NCBI GenBank assembly: GCA_964611355.1
Contig: CAZSYD010000006.1
Coordinates: forward strand, 1 to 64,000
DNA: 64,000 nt
Reading direction: 5' to 3'
From: an uncultured Ignavibacteriales bacterium
Lineage (GTDB): Bacteria; Zixibacteria; MSB-5A5; GN15; JAAZOE01
The position numbers and the translations under genes were made by a program. The notes beneath the pieces are model-generated. The model made no database searches. It was not told the origin of the DNA and saw only the letters and a list, made by a program, of their open reading frames with translations. Every line of letters starts with the position of its first letter. Position 1 is the stretch's first letter. Of this stretch, positions 1 to 10,148 are shown piece after piece.

Positions 1-127
1 TGGGGATAGTGTATTGATTCATTCTCTGAATAATAATATTTTCAGCAAATAAGTAATTTGATAACAGGATTATGAAAGCCATAGTTAATATTATGATTGA
101 AATAATTAAGTATCTTGACACTTGCAC
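1..127 (-). CDS. 5' part of a secreted protein paralogous to 215..1807 (runs off the window edge)
   Basis: Read manually: (M)QVSRYLIISIIILTMAFIILLSNYLFAENIIIQRMNQYTIP. This is a signal peptide plus a segment matching YAGNIQFQEVLSYTIP of the neighbouring gene, and the upstream region is duplicated. The start may be the GTG at 121. Confidence 0.7.
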   Translation of the reverse strand, partial: MQVSRYLIISIIILTMAFIILLSNYLFAENIIIQRMNQYTIP

Positions 128-179
128 CTTCCTGTTAATTGCAAGAACGGCAAAATCACCGATTTGTCAATAGTAAAAT
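125..179. repeat. 55-bp imperfect direct repeat, copy 1 (upstream/RBS region)
   Basis: 47/55 identical by manual alignment to 1805..1859. On the - strand it contains TTGACA and an AGGAAG RBS. Confidence 0.85.
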
Positions 180-214
180 CCAAGTGCCCTAACTTGAACA
201 ACCAACCGTATCAA

Positions 215-1807
215 TTATTTAAGCAAAACCGATTTCACGACCTTAGTATGCTCGCCGACTGAAGCCTTTATGAAATAAATCCCGGTTGGGATTTCGCCGG
301 GTTCCCAGACAATTTTTATCTCATCGAGACCGGTAACACGGGCATTATGAATACTCTCGATTTTCTGACCAAGCAGATTATAGATATCAACGGTCAATAT
401 ATCTCCGGGCGAGGCTTTGATAGTTATCGTCTGGTTGCTGTTGAAAGGGTTGGGGTAGGGGTTGCCAATACTCAATTTTTCAGGTATCGGTATCTCCTCT
501 CCCTCATCGGCGGCGGTGACAACGGCCGGCTTATAGATTGCAATTTCATTTCCATTTGTGATAACCAGATAAGGTTGATTATCGCCAAAGGGATAATCCC
601 ATTTTCTTTTTCCTGTTGGAATTTCGCTGGTTGATTGAACCTCAGAGCCGTCAGATCCGTTAAACTGTACAAACGCGTCGCCCCGAAAGGCAAAGTAATA
701 TCCGGGGTTGTAAGGGAAATAGATGAAATTAATATCATACTCATATTCCCGGTACCAAACAAGTTCAATGGAATCCGGCGTAATCAGGCGGTACATCCGC
801 AATTGGCTACCCCTGGAATCGATTGCGCCGTCAGATATATCACAATCGACCCACCATGAAAATCGTGCGATCATTTCCGTCTGTGCACAAGTCAAATCTA
901 TATCTCCAAAGCATAAAGGAGTCAAAGACTTTGATATATCCTTGTCAGAAAAATAACTGCATGAATATGGCCAGACCTCGTCCAATATATTGGCCTTATT
1001 TACATAGGGATCATAACAAAGAATGCCTTTATTGCGTATTGTAGGTTCCGGCATATAGCTGGACAAAACGTACCAGGAGTAACTGTATGTGTGATAATTA
1101 GTCATTAGAAATGTATCGCCGTCAATTACACATAATTTGGGATCCGATATATGATACGTACCGGTCCATAACATGGAATCAGGGAAAGATTGATATATAT
1201 AGCTTAACCCTCGTATAGTTTCCTCAATATGAAAACCACAATCGGGAGATCTTCGCATATAATGCCGATGCGAAAAAATAAATTCCTTTTTTCCATCGGA
1301 ATCAATATCCAGGGCTTTCAGGACTGTCAGTATGCCAGGCCCATGAAAACCAGCGAAGCAAGCGCCGCCAATATTATAGCCGGTATTGGAGTAGTAATAT
1401 CTTGATCGTGAATAGTTGGCATTACCATCAAAGAAATCTATTGCAAAAGCAGTATCTGATAATTCTTTGATTGAGTAAGAATACGCAATGGCGATATCAG
1501 GGATAGAATCCCCATTTATATCGGCGAAATTAAACATTCGGTCAAACGCTGTATCGATGCTCGCTTCAAACAATACGGAATCGCCGGTCCCTGAGAAAAC
1601 AACAATTTCATCGCCGCTTCTTGCCAGAACTTCGGGAACAGCGTCACCATCAACGTCAGCAAAACCTTCTGCCGTCACATCAGTATACCCCGGTATAGTG
1701 TAGGATAACACCTCTTGAAACTGAATATTTCCGGCATACGAAAAACCGGACAAAAAAGCCAGAACAAATATTATAATGAACGGATTTAGTATTTTCTGCA
1801 CCGACAC
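215..1807 (-). CDS. secreted protein with FG-GAP-like Ca-binding motifs and a C-terminal T9SS type-A/FlgD-like sorting domain
   Basis: Signal peptide; DVDGDAVPE, DINGDSIPD and DIDSDGKKE motifs; C-terminus PYPNPFN...IYNLLGQ...GIYFIK...KSVLLK. Confidence 0.8.
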   Translation of the reverse strand: MSVQKILNPFIIIFVLAFLSGFSYAGNIQFQEVLSYTIPGYTDVTAEGFADVDGDAVPEVLARSGDEIVVFSGTGDSVLFEASIDTAFDRMFNFADINGDSIPDIAIAYSYSIKELSDTAFAIDFFDGNANYSRSRYYYSNTGYNIGGACFAGFHGPGILTVLKALDIDSDGKKEFIFSHRHYMRRSPDCGFHIEETIRGLSYIYQSFPDSMLWTGTYHISDPKLCVIDGDTFLMTNYHTYSYSWYVLSSYMPEPTIRNKGILCYDPYVNKANILDEVWPYSCSYFSDKDISKSLTPLCFGDIDLTCAQTEMIARFSWWVDCDISDGAIDSRGSQLRMYRLITPDSIELVWYREYEYDINFIYFPYNPGYYFAFRGDAFVQFNGSDGSEVQSTSEIPTGKRKWDYPFGDNQPYLVITNGNEIAIYKPAVVTAADEGEEIPIPEKLSIGNPYPNPFNSNQTITIKASPGDILTVDIYNLLGQKIESIHNARVTGLDEIKIVWEPGEIPTGIYFIKASVGEHTKVVKSVLLK

Positions 1808-1859
1808 CTCCCTGTTAATTATAAGGACGGTAAAAACGCCGATTTGTCAATAGAAAAAT
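1805..1859. repeat. 55-bp imperfect direct repeat, copy 2 (upstream/RBS region)
   Basis: Matches 125..179. On the - strand it contains TTGACA and an AGGGAGG RBS. Confidence 0.85.
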
Positions 1860-1919
1860 TAAATAGAAATGCCCACGGAAAACCGTGCAGGAAGTCATTT
1901 CAGAAAACCAAGCCCCGTA

Positions 1920-2342
1920 TTAAAATCGTTTGCTCAGGTCTTCCCCGCCCCTCTTGGTAAGAGTGATGCTTTTTATTCGGTCTTCAAGCATCTTGACGGT
2001 GTCGGCCAGTTCGCTGTCGATAGAAAGTTCCTGCACCATCAACGTCATGTCAAGCATCGATTTTTGCAGTTGATCGATCCGGCGGCCAAGAGCATTGATC
2101 GTCCCCAGGATTTCCTCGATTCTGATATCCAGATTAGTTGCCGTTCTTTTCAATTCGACAATGCTCTCGTCTATTCCTTTAGAAGAATGGCGCAATGCAT
2201 TAATATCATTGGTGTTAGCCGCCTGCCTGCCGGTCAGTTCGTCAAGACGGCTTTTAATCAATGGCAGGTTTTCGTCAAGAATGGCGCCGATGGCGTCAAG
2301 ACCATCGACCAACTCATCGACCGGCGATTTGCTTCCCATCAT
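1920..2342 (-). CDS. hypothetical coiled-coil protein (~140 aa)
   Basis: C-terminal part of ORF 1920..2492. GAGGAG RBS precedes MMGSKSPVDE; heptad-like L/I periodicity; overlaps the end of the upstream gene. Confidence 0.55.
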   Translation of the reverse strand: MMGSKSPVDELVDGLDAIGAILDENLPLIKSRLDELTGRQAANTNDINALRHSSKGIDESIVELKRTATNLDIRIEEILGTINALGRRIDQLQKSMLDMTLMVQELSIDSELADTVKMLEDRIKSITLTKRGGEDLSKRF

Positions 2343-3246
2343 CTCTCCTCCCGGCTCGCTTAAAGCCGTAATTAGCCAGTTTTTTAGCCACCCTGAAACG
2401 GGTATTGTTGGTGGGTGATCCCAAAACCACCAGGGTAATTTCTTTGCCGGCTTTATCGCGCAGGATCGTCGCCAGGCAATGGTCCGACTCAATAATAAAT
2501 CCCGTCTTGCCGATCATAACATCCCATTTGGAAAGGACCATCCGGTTGGAATTAATGAAGTTTTTGTAACGCTTTTTATTTTTAAGCGGGCAGCGGTATT
2601 TATACTTCGACGTCGCCGTTCTTATCGTGGGGTATTTGACCGCTTCGTTAATCAGGATGGCGATATCGGCGGCAGTTGAAATATTCCGTTCATCCAGGCC
2701 GGTGACTTCGCAGACTTTTGTGTTCATCATTCCAAGTGAGCGGGCTTTTTGGTTCATCCTTTCAACGAAGATTTCACGCGGGATGCCGGAAGCCGTCGCC
2801 AAAGCCCGGGCGGCGCGGTTGTCCGAAGCCATAAGGGCGGCGTGCAATAGATCAACCGCCCGGTACGCTTCCCCTTTATAGAGATGCGATTTGGCTGATT
2901 TGTAGCAGTCGCGCCCGGAAATATAAATGATGGTGTCGAGGTTCGGCCCGGTATCGAGATAAACCATAGCCGTTAAAAGCTTGGTCAGTGAAGCGATCGG
3001 TCGCGCTTTCTGCGGATGTTTGGCGTATATCCAGGCGCCGAGGCTGTTGTCCACTATCAGAGCCGTGCGGGCATTGAGCGACATTTTATTGTACCGGCAA
3101 AGACCAATTTCCTGTTTGGCCTCGCCCGGCGATGGATGATTGTATACGACATGCGGGTGTTCACTCCCCGTGCCGTATACGGCAAGATAGATTATGATAA
3201 AAAGGGCCATAAGCAGGCCGCTTATCATAATTCGCCTGATGGTCAT
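2314..3246 (-). CDS. D-alanyl-D-alanine carboxypeptidase/endopeptidase (peptidase S11, PbpG-like)
   Basis: SxxK (IASLTK), SDN and KTG motifs; N-terminal membrane anchor. Confidence 0.9.
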   Translation of the reverse strand: MTIRRIMISGLLMALFIIIYLAVYGTGSEHPHVVYNHPSPGEAKQEIGLCRYNKMSLNARTALIVDNSLGAWIYAKHPQKARPIASLTKLLTAMVYLDTGPNLDTIIYISGRDCYKSAKSHLYKGEAYRAVDLLHAALMASDNRAARALATASGIPREIFVERMNQKARSLGMMNTKVCEVTGLDERNISTAADIAILINEAVKYPTIRTATSKYKYRCPLKNKKRYKNFINSNRMVLSKWDVMIGKTGFIIESDHCLATILRDKAGKEITLVVLGSPTNNTRFRVAKKLANYGFKRAGRRDDGKQIAGR

Positions 3247-4550
3247 CTATGCCTTACCCATTTCATAATTTCGGGCATGGTCGCCCGCTTGCCATACATC
3301 AATATCCCCACGCGGAAAATCCGGGCCGTCAGCCAGATCAGCGCCAGGGAAAACAAGGCTGCAATAATAAAGCCCAGGGTTGCTTCAAGTACAATCGGAT
3401 CTGAAAAACTGAATGTTTCCGGGGCCGAAATAATCAGCCGCGCCACCATCATGGTCGGGGTAAGGATCGGAATCAGGGACATAATAATCGTCACGGTCGA
3501 ATCCGGCTCCTGAACGATGTACATCAAAAGCACGACAGGCAGAATCAACGACATCGTGATCGGCAGGATGAAATTCTGCGTTTCTTTGTCTGTTGTGCAA
3601 ATCGATCCCACCAGCGCAAACATTGTCGAGTACATTATATAGGCGATCAGCAGAAACAGCACAAAAAAGACGATTAAGACGGGATTAAACATTATGTCGG
3701 CGACCTGCGGCGGGATATCAAGCGGACCACGGAAAGAAAACAGCGCTATACCAATAAGTACCCAGATGCCGATCTGAGTCATGTTGGCGGCGCCCAGCCC
3801 GACCACTTTGCCCATCATCAACTGGAAAGGCGAAACCGAAGAAATCAGAACCTCGATCACACGGGAATTCTTTTCCTCGATTATCGAGCGCATCAATATC
3901 TGTCCGAAGGTGATCACAGAAATAAAAATTATCATAACAAAGATCAGGGCGCCAAAATAGACGCTCAAAAAATCTCGGGTCTTGCCGCCGGGAGACTGGT
4001 GCTGCATATCAATTCGGCGGGTCATGGCCAGAACGGAATCGACCGCCAGATTGATATTCGATTTCTCAAGACGCATAGTGGCCAGGATATCGGACATGCT
4101 GCGATCAAAGCGGGCGACGGTTTTGAAATTGAGCGATTTCGAGACTATCAATGCCAAATCGTTTTCATCGACGCCGGGATATATGACTATATAGTTCTTC
4201 AGTATTTTGGTAAGAAGCATACTGTCCAGAGCGACTCGCAGCGAATCGAGGCGCTCGGTATCGTCAGCCGCTATCTCGTACAGATGCATCAAATGATAGG
4301 CTTTGGTTGTCGTGTCGCTGTCCAGGGTGTATTTTTCCAGAACGTTGGCAAAATCCCGGCCTATCCCCCGACCATCGGCGTCAATTACGGCATAATGCGT
4401 TGGCGTGGAAATGCCGCGTTTGACAAGCAGGGCTGGAATTATTGTTATTAAAATCATGAAAAGCGGAGTGAGGATGATGCCGATAATAAACGACTTTTTC
4501 TTGACGACCTGAGCATATTCGGCCTTTAGTATCGTCCAGAACTTGCTCAC
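3243..4550 (-). CDS. ABC-2 type transporter permease (NatB/YhaP-like)
   Basis: IIEEKNSRVIEVLISSV...MMGKV motif, multiple TM helices, C-terminal RIFRVGILMYGK. Confidence 0.9.
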   Translation of the reverse strand: MSKFWTILKAEYAQVVKKKSFIIGIILTPLFMILITIIPALLVKRGISTPTHYAVIDADGRGIGRDFANVLEKYTLDSDTTTKAYHLMHLYEIAADDTERLDSLRVALDSMLLTKILKNYIVIYPGVDENDLALIVSKSLNFKTVARFDRSMSDILATMRLEKSNINLAVDSVLAMTRRIDMQHQSPGGKTRDFLSVYFGALIFVMIIFISVITFGQILMRSIIEEKNSRVIEVLISSVSPFQLMMGKVVGLGAANMTQIGIWVLIGIALFSFRGPLDIPPQVADIMFNPVLIVFFVLFLLIAYIMYSTMFALVGSICTTDKETQNFILPITMSLILPVVLLMYIVQEPDSTVTIIMSLIPILTPTMMVARLIISAPETFSFSDPIVLEATLGFIIAALFSLALIWLTARIFRVGILMYGKRATMPEIMKWVRHR

Positions 4551-5482
4551 CGGCTTTTCCCCTGTCGAGATTCCTCGTCCCCGGATTTGCGGGCGGCCAG
4601 TTCGATAAAGATATTATAAAGCGAAGGCTCGATGCGTTCAAAGCGGGTAACGGAAACCTTATCAGCGACGGCTTTAAGTACTTCATTGGAACGCGACATT
4701 TCGGAAAGAGTCAACTCGAAGTAATTGGTGAAGCCGGTGACTTTTTCCACGCCCGGCAGCGAAGTAAGAAAAGAACCGTCGCCGTCGATTTCAAGGCGAA
4801 TGCTGTTTTTGCCGTATCTGCTTTTGACTTCGCTCAACGAACCGTCGAGCACCTTGCGGCCATGATTAATCATGCAGATATGATCGCATAACTTCTCGGC
4901 CTGCTCCATCACGTGGGTCGAAAACAGGATAGTGCGGTTTTCCCGTTTCAGTTCAAGGATAACGTTTTTAATCAGTTCGATATTGAGCGGATCAAGCCCG
5001 GAGAAAAGCTCGTCAAGAATAATGATTTCCGGATTATGGATAAGAGTTGTAACAAACTGCAATTTCTGTTGCATCCCTTTGGAAAGTTCCTCTACTTTCT
5101 TGTCCCGGTATGACAGCAGATCCATCCGTTCCAGCCAAGGATCGATACGGTTTTCAATATCCTTTCGGGCGGCGTGTTTCAACCGCCCCAAAAGCAGGAT
5201 CACTTCATGGAGAGTCATCTTTTTATACAGGCCTCTCTCCTCCGGAAGATAACCGACACGGTTTTTGAAATTTCGATCGGTCGGTTGACCATTAAACAAG
5301 ACTTCGCCGGCGTCGGGAGCGATGATATTCATTATCATCCGAATCGTGGTGGTTTTGCCCGCGCCGTTCGGGCCGATTATTCCACAGATACATCCTTTCG
5401 GCACCGACAGATCAAAGTCGTCAACAGCCGCTTTGGAGCCGTATCGTTTGGTTATGCCGCGAAGCTGTAAATATCCTTCCAT
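4547..5482 (-). CDS. ABC transporter ATP-binding protein (YhaQ/NatA-like)
   Basis: Walker A GPNGAGKTT, signature LSKGMQQ, Walker B IIILDE, H-loop STH. The ATG at 5482 is preferred over 5524. Confidence 0.92.
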   Translation of the reverse strand: MEGYLQLRGITKRYGSKAAVDDFDLSVPKGCICGIIGPNGAGKTTTIRMIMNIIAPDAGEVLFNGQPTDRNFKNRVGYLPEERGLYKKMTLHEVILLLGRLKHAARKDIENRIDPWLERMDLLSYRDKKVEELSKGMQQKLQFVTTLIHNPEIIILDELFSGLDPLNIELIKNVILELKRENRTILFSTHVMEQAEKLCDHICMINHGRKVLDGSLSEVKSRYGKNSIRLEIDGDGSFLTSLPGVEKVTGFTNYFELTLSEMSRSNEVLKAVADKVSVTRFERIEPSLYNIFIELAARKSGDEESRQGKSR

Positions 5483-5527
5483 ACCCCGTCTAACTATTTC
5501 TAATTTACGCCTGGTGTCAACCAAAAA

Positions 5528-6298
5528 CTAAAGATCGAGCATACGCATCATATCGCGCGCGTTTTTCACCGCCTGCCCGAGGTGGCAATTATTGAAGAAA
5601 ATGAAAGCCTTTTTAATCTTTTCTTCTTTTAATCTTTTAATTTTCTCTTTCCATTCGCAAAGCTCATCCCGGTTGTAAAGATAATCGTAGCGCAGCGCCC
5701 CTCCTCCCCACCAGTGATCGGCATTGCGGCCGTGAAAACGGATATAGGCAATATCGGTAGTAATTTTCAATTCGGGCGGCAGAAGCCCCTGCAGACTGGG
5801 CCCGTCCACCGAAACGAAGTTGATGCCGTCTTTATTCATGGCGTCGTAAGTTTCTTTTCTCAGCCAACTATCATGGCGGAACTCGACAAAAAACGGATGC
5901 GGTTGCATCAGTTCGCGGCAGATTGATAAATATTTCAAATTGGCCGGCGAATATTTGAATGACCAGGGAAATTGCGCCAGGATGCCTTTCAACTGGCCGC
6001 GGTCAGCTATCGGGCGCACCGCTTTGATGAGTTCCCTGGCCGGCTGTTCGATTTCTTTTCGTTGATGCGTCAGGTTCTGGTTGGCTTTGACGATGAATTC
6101 AAATTCGGGTTTGGTTTTTTTGGCCATGTTGTAAGTTATCGCCGGATGGGGAATGCGATAGTAGGTGGAGTTGATCTCGACGGTATTAAAATAAGCCTGA
6201 TAATGGTCGAGCATTTTCCCTTTGGCGATGCGGGCCGGATAAAATATTCCGCGCCAGTCTTCAAAACTGTAACCTGATGTGCCTATCCTGATTTCCAT
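5528..6298 (-). CDS. DUF72 family protein
   Basis: IGTSGYS..W, VEINSTYY, EFRH, YIRFHGRN, YDYLY and FFNN motifs. Confidence 0.9.
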   Translation of the reverse strand: MEIRIGTSGYSFEDWRGIFYPARIAKGKMLDHYQAYFNTVEINSTYYRIPHPAITYNMAKKTKPEFEFIVKANQNLTHQRKEIEQPARELIKAVRPIADRGQLKGILAQFPWSFKYSPANLKYLSICRELMQPHPFFVEFRHDSWLRKETYDAMNKDGINFVSVDGPSLQGLLPPELKITTDIAYIRFHGRNADHWWGGGALRYDYLYNRDELCEWKEKIKRLKEEKIKKAFIFFNNCHLGQAVKNARDMMRMLDL

Positions 6299-6334
6299 TT
6301 ACATTCGATTATTCGATGATTTTATCAATCGGTT

Positions 6335-6457
6335 TCATTTTTTCGGTTTAACTGGCTGCATTTTGACCGCGCCGCATTTAGGGCATATCCATTTGCGTTT
6401 CTTATGAAACGATCGTTTTTGTTCTTTCATCTTTGTTTTGCACCGACTGCAGATCAT
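6335..6457 (-). CDS. putative 40-aa basic zinc-ribbon microprotein
   Basis: Manual translation MICSRCKTKMKEQKRSFHKKRKWICPKCGAVKMQPVKPKK* with CxxC and CPxCG. It is below the ORF-track size cutoff. Confidence 0.6.
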   Translation of the reverse strand: MICSRCKTKMKEQKRSFHKKRKWICPKCGAVKMQPVKPKK

Positions 6458-6559
6458 ACAGGTAAAATACAAATAAATCCGGCCTATATTCAACTAAAAG
6501 CAGCCGGGTGACAGCTTTTTAAGGTTGACTTGGGGACTTCTCATTTCTATCGTCATTGC

Positions 6560-7786
6560 ATGAAAAGATATCTGATCGCAACCTTGATAACATCACTTCT
6601 ATTGTTATCGTGCGGAGGGGACAGGGCGAATATCATCACTATCAGCTGGTGGCAGTTCTGGACCGACGCCGGTATTAAACCCGCCATCGTTGAGATAATC
6701 GGAGATTTTGAAACGTTGCATCCCGGAGTAAAGGTTGAGTTGGTCGATCTTACCTGGGCCGACGGCCATGATAAAATAGCGATTGCTTTTTCTTCCGGCT
6801 CCGGGCCTGACGTGGTCGAACTTGGCTCGGACTGGATTCCAGAGTTTTCCGCGAGCGGCCATCTCGCCAACATCACCAAAAGAGTCGATTCCATCAAAGC
6901 TGACTACATGATGTGGGATCCGGCTCTCTATGAAGAAGAAGTTTATGCTTTTCCCTGGATTCTCGGTACCCGGGTTCTCTTTGCCAATCCGGAGCTACTG
7001 GTTCGGGCCGGTTATAATGCCGACTTCTCGCCGTTAAGCTGGCATGAATTAAAAAAGGCTGCGCAAGAAATCAACCGGCTCGACGGCGAGACCTTCGGTT
7101 TCGGGTCGAATTCGGCTGAACGGCACCGGCTGTACAAAAAATTCCTTCCTTTTCTCTGGGCCAACGGCGGGTCGATTCTTTCGAGCGATGCTCGTACCTG
7201 CCTGCTCGATTCGCCCGAAGCGATTCAGGCGCTTGAATTCTACATTGAATTATGTCATACCGGTTTGACCGATACGCAAAGACGGCTTGAGGACGCCTTT
7301 ATCGAGGGCCGGATAGGTTTTGTAATTTCGGGCGACTGGCTGCTCAAACGTATTGCTCGTGAAAAGCCGGACATGAAATTTTCCACCCATATGATTCCCG
7401 GGCCGGATGGCCTGGAGACGTCATCCTCTTTTGCCGGCGGCGAGTACCTGGCCATTAACGCCGATTGCAAACATAAGGATGAAGCGTTGGCGTTGATTCG
7501 TCATATCTGTTCTCCGGATAACCAGCTTCTCTTCTGTCTTTGGAACCGGACCGCCAACCCGTCGTCAAGAAAAGCGGCGGTTGATTCAAGCCTGCTGGCT
7601 CAACCGCATTTTGATACTTTTGTTCGGCAGATGAAAACAGCCAGGATGCCTCCGGTTCATACGAAATGGGTTTACATCGAGGACAGGCTGGAAAAGGCAA
7701 TCGAAGCGGCTCTTTATGATACTAAATCGCCGCAACAGGCAATGATCGATGCCAAAAAAGAGATCCGGGAGCTGCTTGATAAATGA
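6560..7786 (+). CDS. carbohydrate ABC transporter extracellular solute-binding lipoprotein (family 1)
   Basis: Lipobox LLLSC; GPDVVELG and SFAGGEYLAI motifs; followed by two CUT1 permeases. Confidence 0.88.
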   Translation: MKRYLIATLITSLLLLSCGGDRANIITISWWQFWTDAGIKPAIVEIIGDFETLHPGVKVELVDLTWADGHDKIAIAFSSGSGPDVVELGSDWIPEFSASGHLANITKRVDSIKADYMMWDPALYEEEVYAFPWILGTRVLFANPELLVRAGYNADFSPLSWHELKKAAQEINRLDGETFGFGSNSAERHRLYKKFLPFLWANGGSILSSDARTCLLDSPEAIQALEFYIELCHTGLTDTQRRLEDAFIEGRIGFVISGDWLLKRIAREKPDMKFSTHMIPGPDGLETSSSFAGGEYLAINADCKHKDEALALIRHICSPDNQLLFCLWNRTANPSSRKAAVDSSLLAQPHFDTFVRQMKTARMPPVHTKWVYIEDRLEKAIEAALYDTKSPQQAMIDAKKEIRELLDK

Positions 7787-8655
7787 ACCGCTCAAATCAT
7801 CTTAAGGGCTGGCTCCTTTTCTCACCGTGGATATTGACCTTTCTGATCTTCTGGCTGTTTCCCCTGGTCTATTCATTCATTCTCAGTTTGACCGATTACC
7901 GGTTAATGTCGTCTCAAACCGACTGGATCGGCCTGGCCAATTATGGAAAACTGTTTTCTGATCCGGATTTCATCACAGCGCTAAAGAACACTTTTGTCTT
8001 CGTTATCGGGACAATACCGTTGACCACAGTAATCGCTCTTTCGCTGGCGTTGCTGCTCAATGAGGGATTCCGGGGACGGACATTTTTCCGGGCGGCCTAT
8101 TTCATGCCGTCGATAACTTCAATGGTGGTGATCGCGCTTATCTTTTCCAACCTTTACGCGCGCGGCGGTTATCTTCACCTGCTGGCTCAAATTATCGGTT
8201 TAAATCCTCCGGCCAGCGGTTTCCTGCTGTCGGAGAAAACGGCGCTGTACTCAATCATGGCGATGGATATCTGGATGGCTTCGGGATATTATATGCTCCT
8301 TTTCCTTGGCGGGCTGCAAACCATTCCAACCGAGCTTTACGAGGCGGCCGGGGTATCGGGCGCTTCGAGATGGCAGCAGTTTTTATATATTACCCTGCCG
8401 ATGCTCAAGCCGGTCACGGTGTTTATTATAGTGATAAACAGCATCAAGTCGTTCCAGGTGTTTGTCGAGATTTTCGTCATGACCCGGGGCGGGCCGCTGA
8501 ACTCAACCTTTACCGGCGTTTACTTTGTGTACGAAACCGGCCTGCGCCGCTTCGATTTCGGATACGCTTCGGCTGCAGCCTATGTGCTGTTCGCTATTAT
8601 AGGCGCGGCATCACTGGTGCAATTCAAACTTCTGAAGACGGGGTGGTCGGCGTAA
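7783..8655 (+). CDS. carbohydrate ABC transporter permease (MalF-like)
   Basis: EAA loop ELYEAAGVSGASRWQQF; MTRGGP; GYASAAA. Confidence 0.9.
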   Translation: MNRSNHLKGWLLFSPWILTFLIFWLFPLVYSFILSLTDYRLMSSQTDWIGLANYGKLFSDPDFITALKNTFVFVIGTIPLTTVIALSLALLLNEGFRGRTFFRAAYFMPSITSMVVIALIFSNLYARGGYLHLLAQIIGLNPPASGFLLSEKTALYSIMAMDIWMASGYYMLLFLGGLQTIPTELYEAAGVSGASRWQQFLYITLPMLKPVTVFIIVINSIKSFQVFVEIFVMTRGGPLNSTFTGVYFVYETGLRRFDFGYASAAAYVLFAIIGAASLVQFKLLKTGWSA

Positions 8656-9440
8656 TGCGTTTTCGCGGATTATTAAAATACCTGCTTCTGATAATTATCC
8701 TGATTGTTATGATCTTCCCGCTTTTACGGATGTTTGCTTTAAGTTTGACGAAAGCGTTATCAGGAAGCGTCACTTTCGATAACTTCGCTTACATATTTTC
8801 GGCTAATAGATTTGGACAATATCTTTTCAATTCGCTTTTGGTCGGCGTTACGGTTACGGTTGGAAATGTTCTGTTCTGTTTTATGTGCGGGTACGCTCTG
8901 GCTCGAAGAAGAATCCCGGGTGACAGATTCTGGTTTTACACGGTGCTGATTGTTTTGATGGTTCCGGTTCATATAATCATCATTCCCATATATTTGCTGA
9001 TGAATAAAATCGGCCTTTATGACAGTTACGGGGCGTTGATTCTGCCCTGGCTGGTCAACCCGATAGGTATCTTCCTGGTCCGGCAATACGTTTCCACGCT
9101 GCCGGCCTCGCTTGAAGAAGCCGCCCGCATTGACGGCGCCGGCGAGATGCGTATCCTGTTTCGTATTGTCATGCCCCTCTGTCGGCCGGCGTTGGCGATA
9201 CTGGCGATTCAGGTTTTCATGACCAACTGGAACAGTTTCCTGTTTCCTTTCATCCTGACATCTTCCGAGCAGTATCGCACCCTGCCGGTGGCGCTGGCGT
9301 TGCTTCTCGGGTATCAGTCGATCGACTGGCACCAGTTAATGGCGGGATCGGTGACGGCGGTAGTGCCGATACTGGCCGTTTTTTTAATCTTCCAGCGGCA
9401 AATTATATCCGGTATCACGGCCGGGGCTTTCAAACAATAA
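8655..9440 (+). CDS. carbohydrate ABC transporter permease (MalG-like)
   Basis: LEEAARIDGA, WNSFLFP, TLPVAL and FQRQIISG motifs. The ATG overlaps the previous stop (TAATG). Confidence 0.9.
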   Translation: MRFRGLLKYLLLIIILIVMIFPLLRMFALSLTKALSGSVTFDNFAYIFSANRFGQYLFNSLLVGVTVTVGNVLFCFMCGYALARRRIPGDRFWFYTVLIVLMVPVHIIIIPIYLLMNKIGLYDSYGALILPWLVNPIGIFLVRQYVSTLPASLEEAARIDGAGEMRILFRIVMPLCRPALAILAIQVFMTNWNSFLFPFILTSSEQYRTLPVALALLLGYQSIDWHQLMAGSVTAVVPILAVFLIFQRQIISGITAGAFKQ

Positions 9441-9522
9441 TCTTAAAAAAAGAAGTTGACACAGGATTTACTTTCTCCGTTCTTTTGGACGATTGTAATC
9501 CGAAACTTAGGGAGGATGTATT

Positions 9523-10134
9523 ATGAAGAGGCACCCGAAGATTATATTGCCTGTGATTTGTCTTTTCGTTCTGGCGATTTTGGCCGGTTGCGGAGCATCT
9601 AAAGGTTATGTCGATCAGGCGATCTCCGGCGAGCGGGACCGAAGCCAGGCGGCTAATGCAAATCTCGAAAAAGATGTCAAAAACAATAAGGCTGTCCTTG
9701 AACGCATGCAGTCGCTCACGGCGCAGCTGGAACAGAAAACGGACATGGCCGTCAACGAAGCCAAGGGATTCGAGAGCTACCAAGTAATCTGGGAAGGCGA
9801 AATTTATTACGAGTTCAATTCCAGCGAACTAACCGTGGCGGCAGGGGAAATTATGGATCAGGCCGGCGATAAAATGGTCGTCAATCGCACCTCAATCATG
9901 GAAATCGCCGGGTACTGCGATCCCAGCGGTTCCTCGGCGTACAACCTGGAACTGGGGCGCAAACGAGCCGCCGCGGCCAAGTATTATCTGGTTGACAACT
10001 ACGGAATAAATCTTTTCCGCATTTACATGGTGAGTAACGGCGAGACCAAGGCGGTTGAAGCCGGCGACACCTCCGTTTCCTACACCAAGCAACGCAAGGT
10101 TATGATGAAACTGTGGGATAAACCCGGTAAATAA
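9523..10134 (+). CDS. OmpA-family peptidoglycan-binding lipoprotein
   Basis: Lipobox LAGC; coiled segment; OmpA_C-like GYCDPSGSSAYNLELGRKRA; GGAGG RBS. Confidence 0.85.
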   Translation: MKRHPKIILPVICLFVLAILAGCGASKGYVDQAISGERDRSQAANANLEKDVKNNKAVLERMQSLTAQLEQKTDMAVNEAKGFESYQVIWEGEIYYEFNSSELTVAAGEIMDQAGDKMVVNRTSIMEIAGYCDPSGSSAYNLELGRKRAAAAKYYLVDNYGINLFRIYMVSNGETKAVEAGDTSVSYTKQRKVMMKLWDKPGK

Positions 10135-10148
10135 TAAAATCTGCCGAT

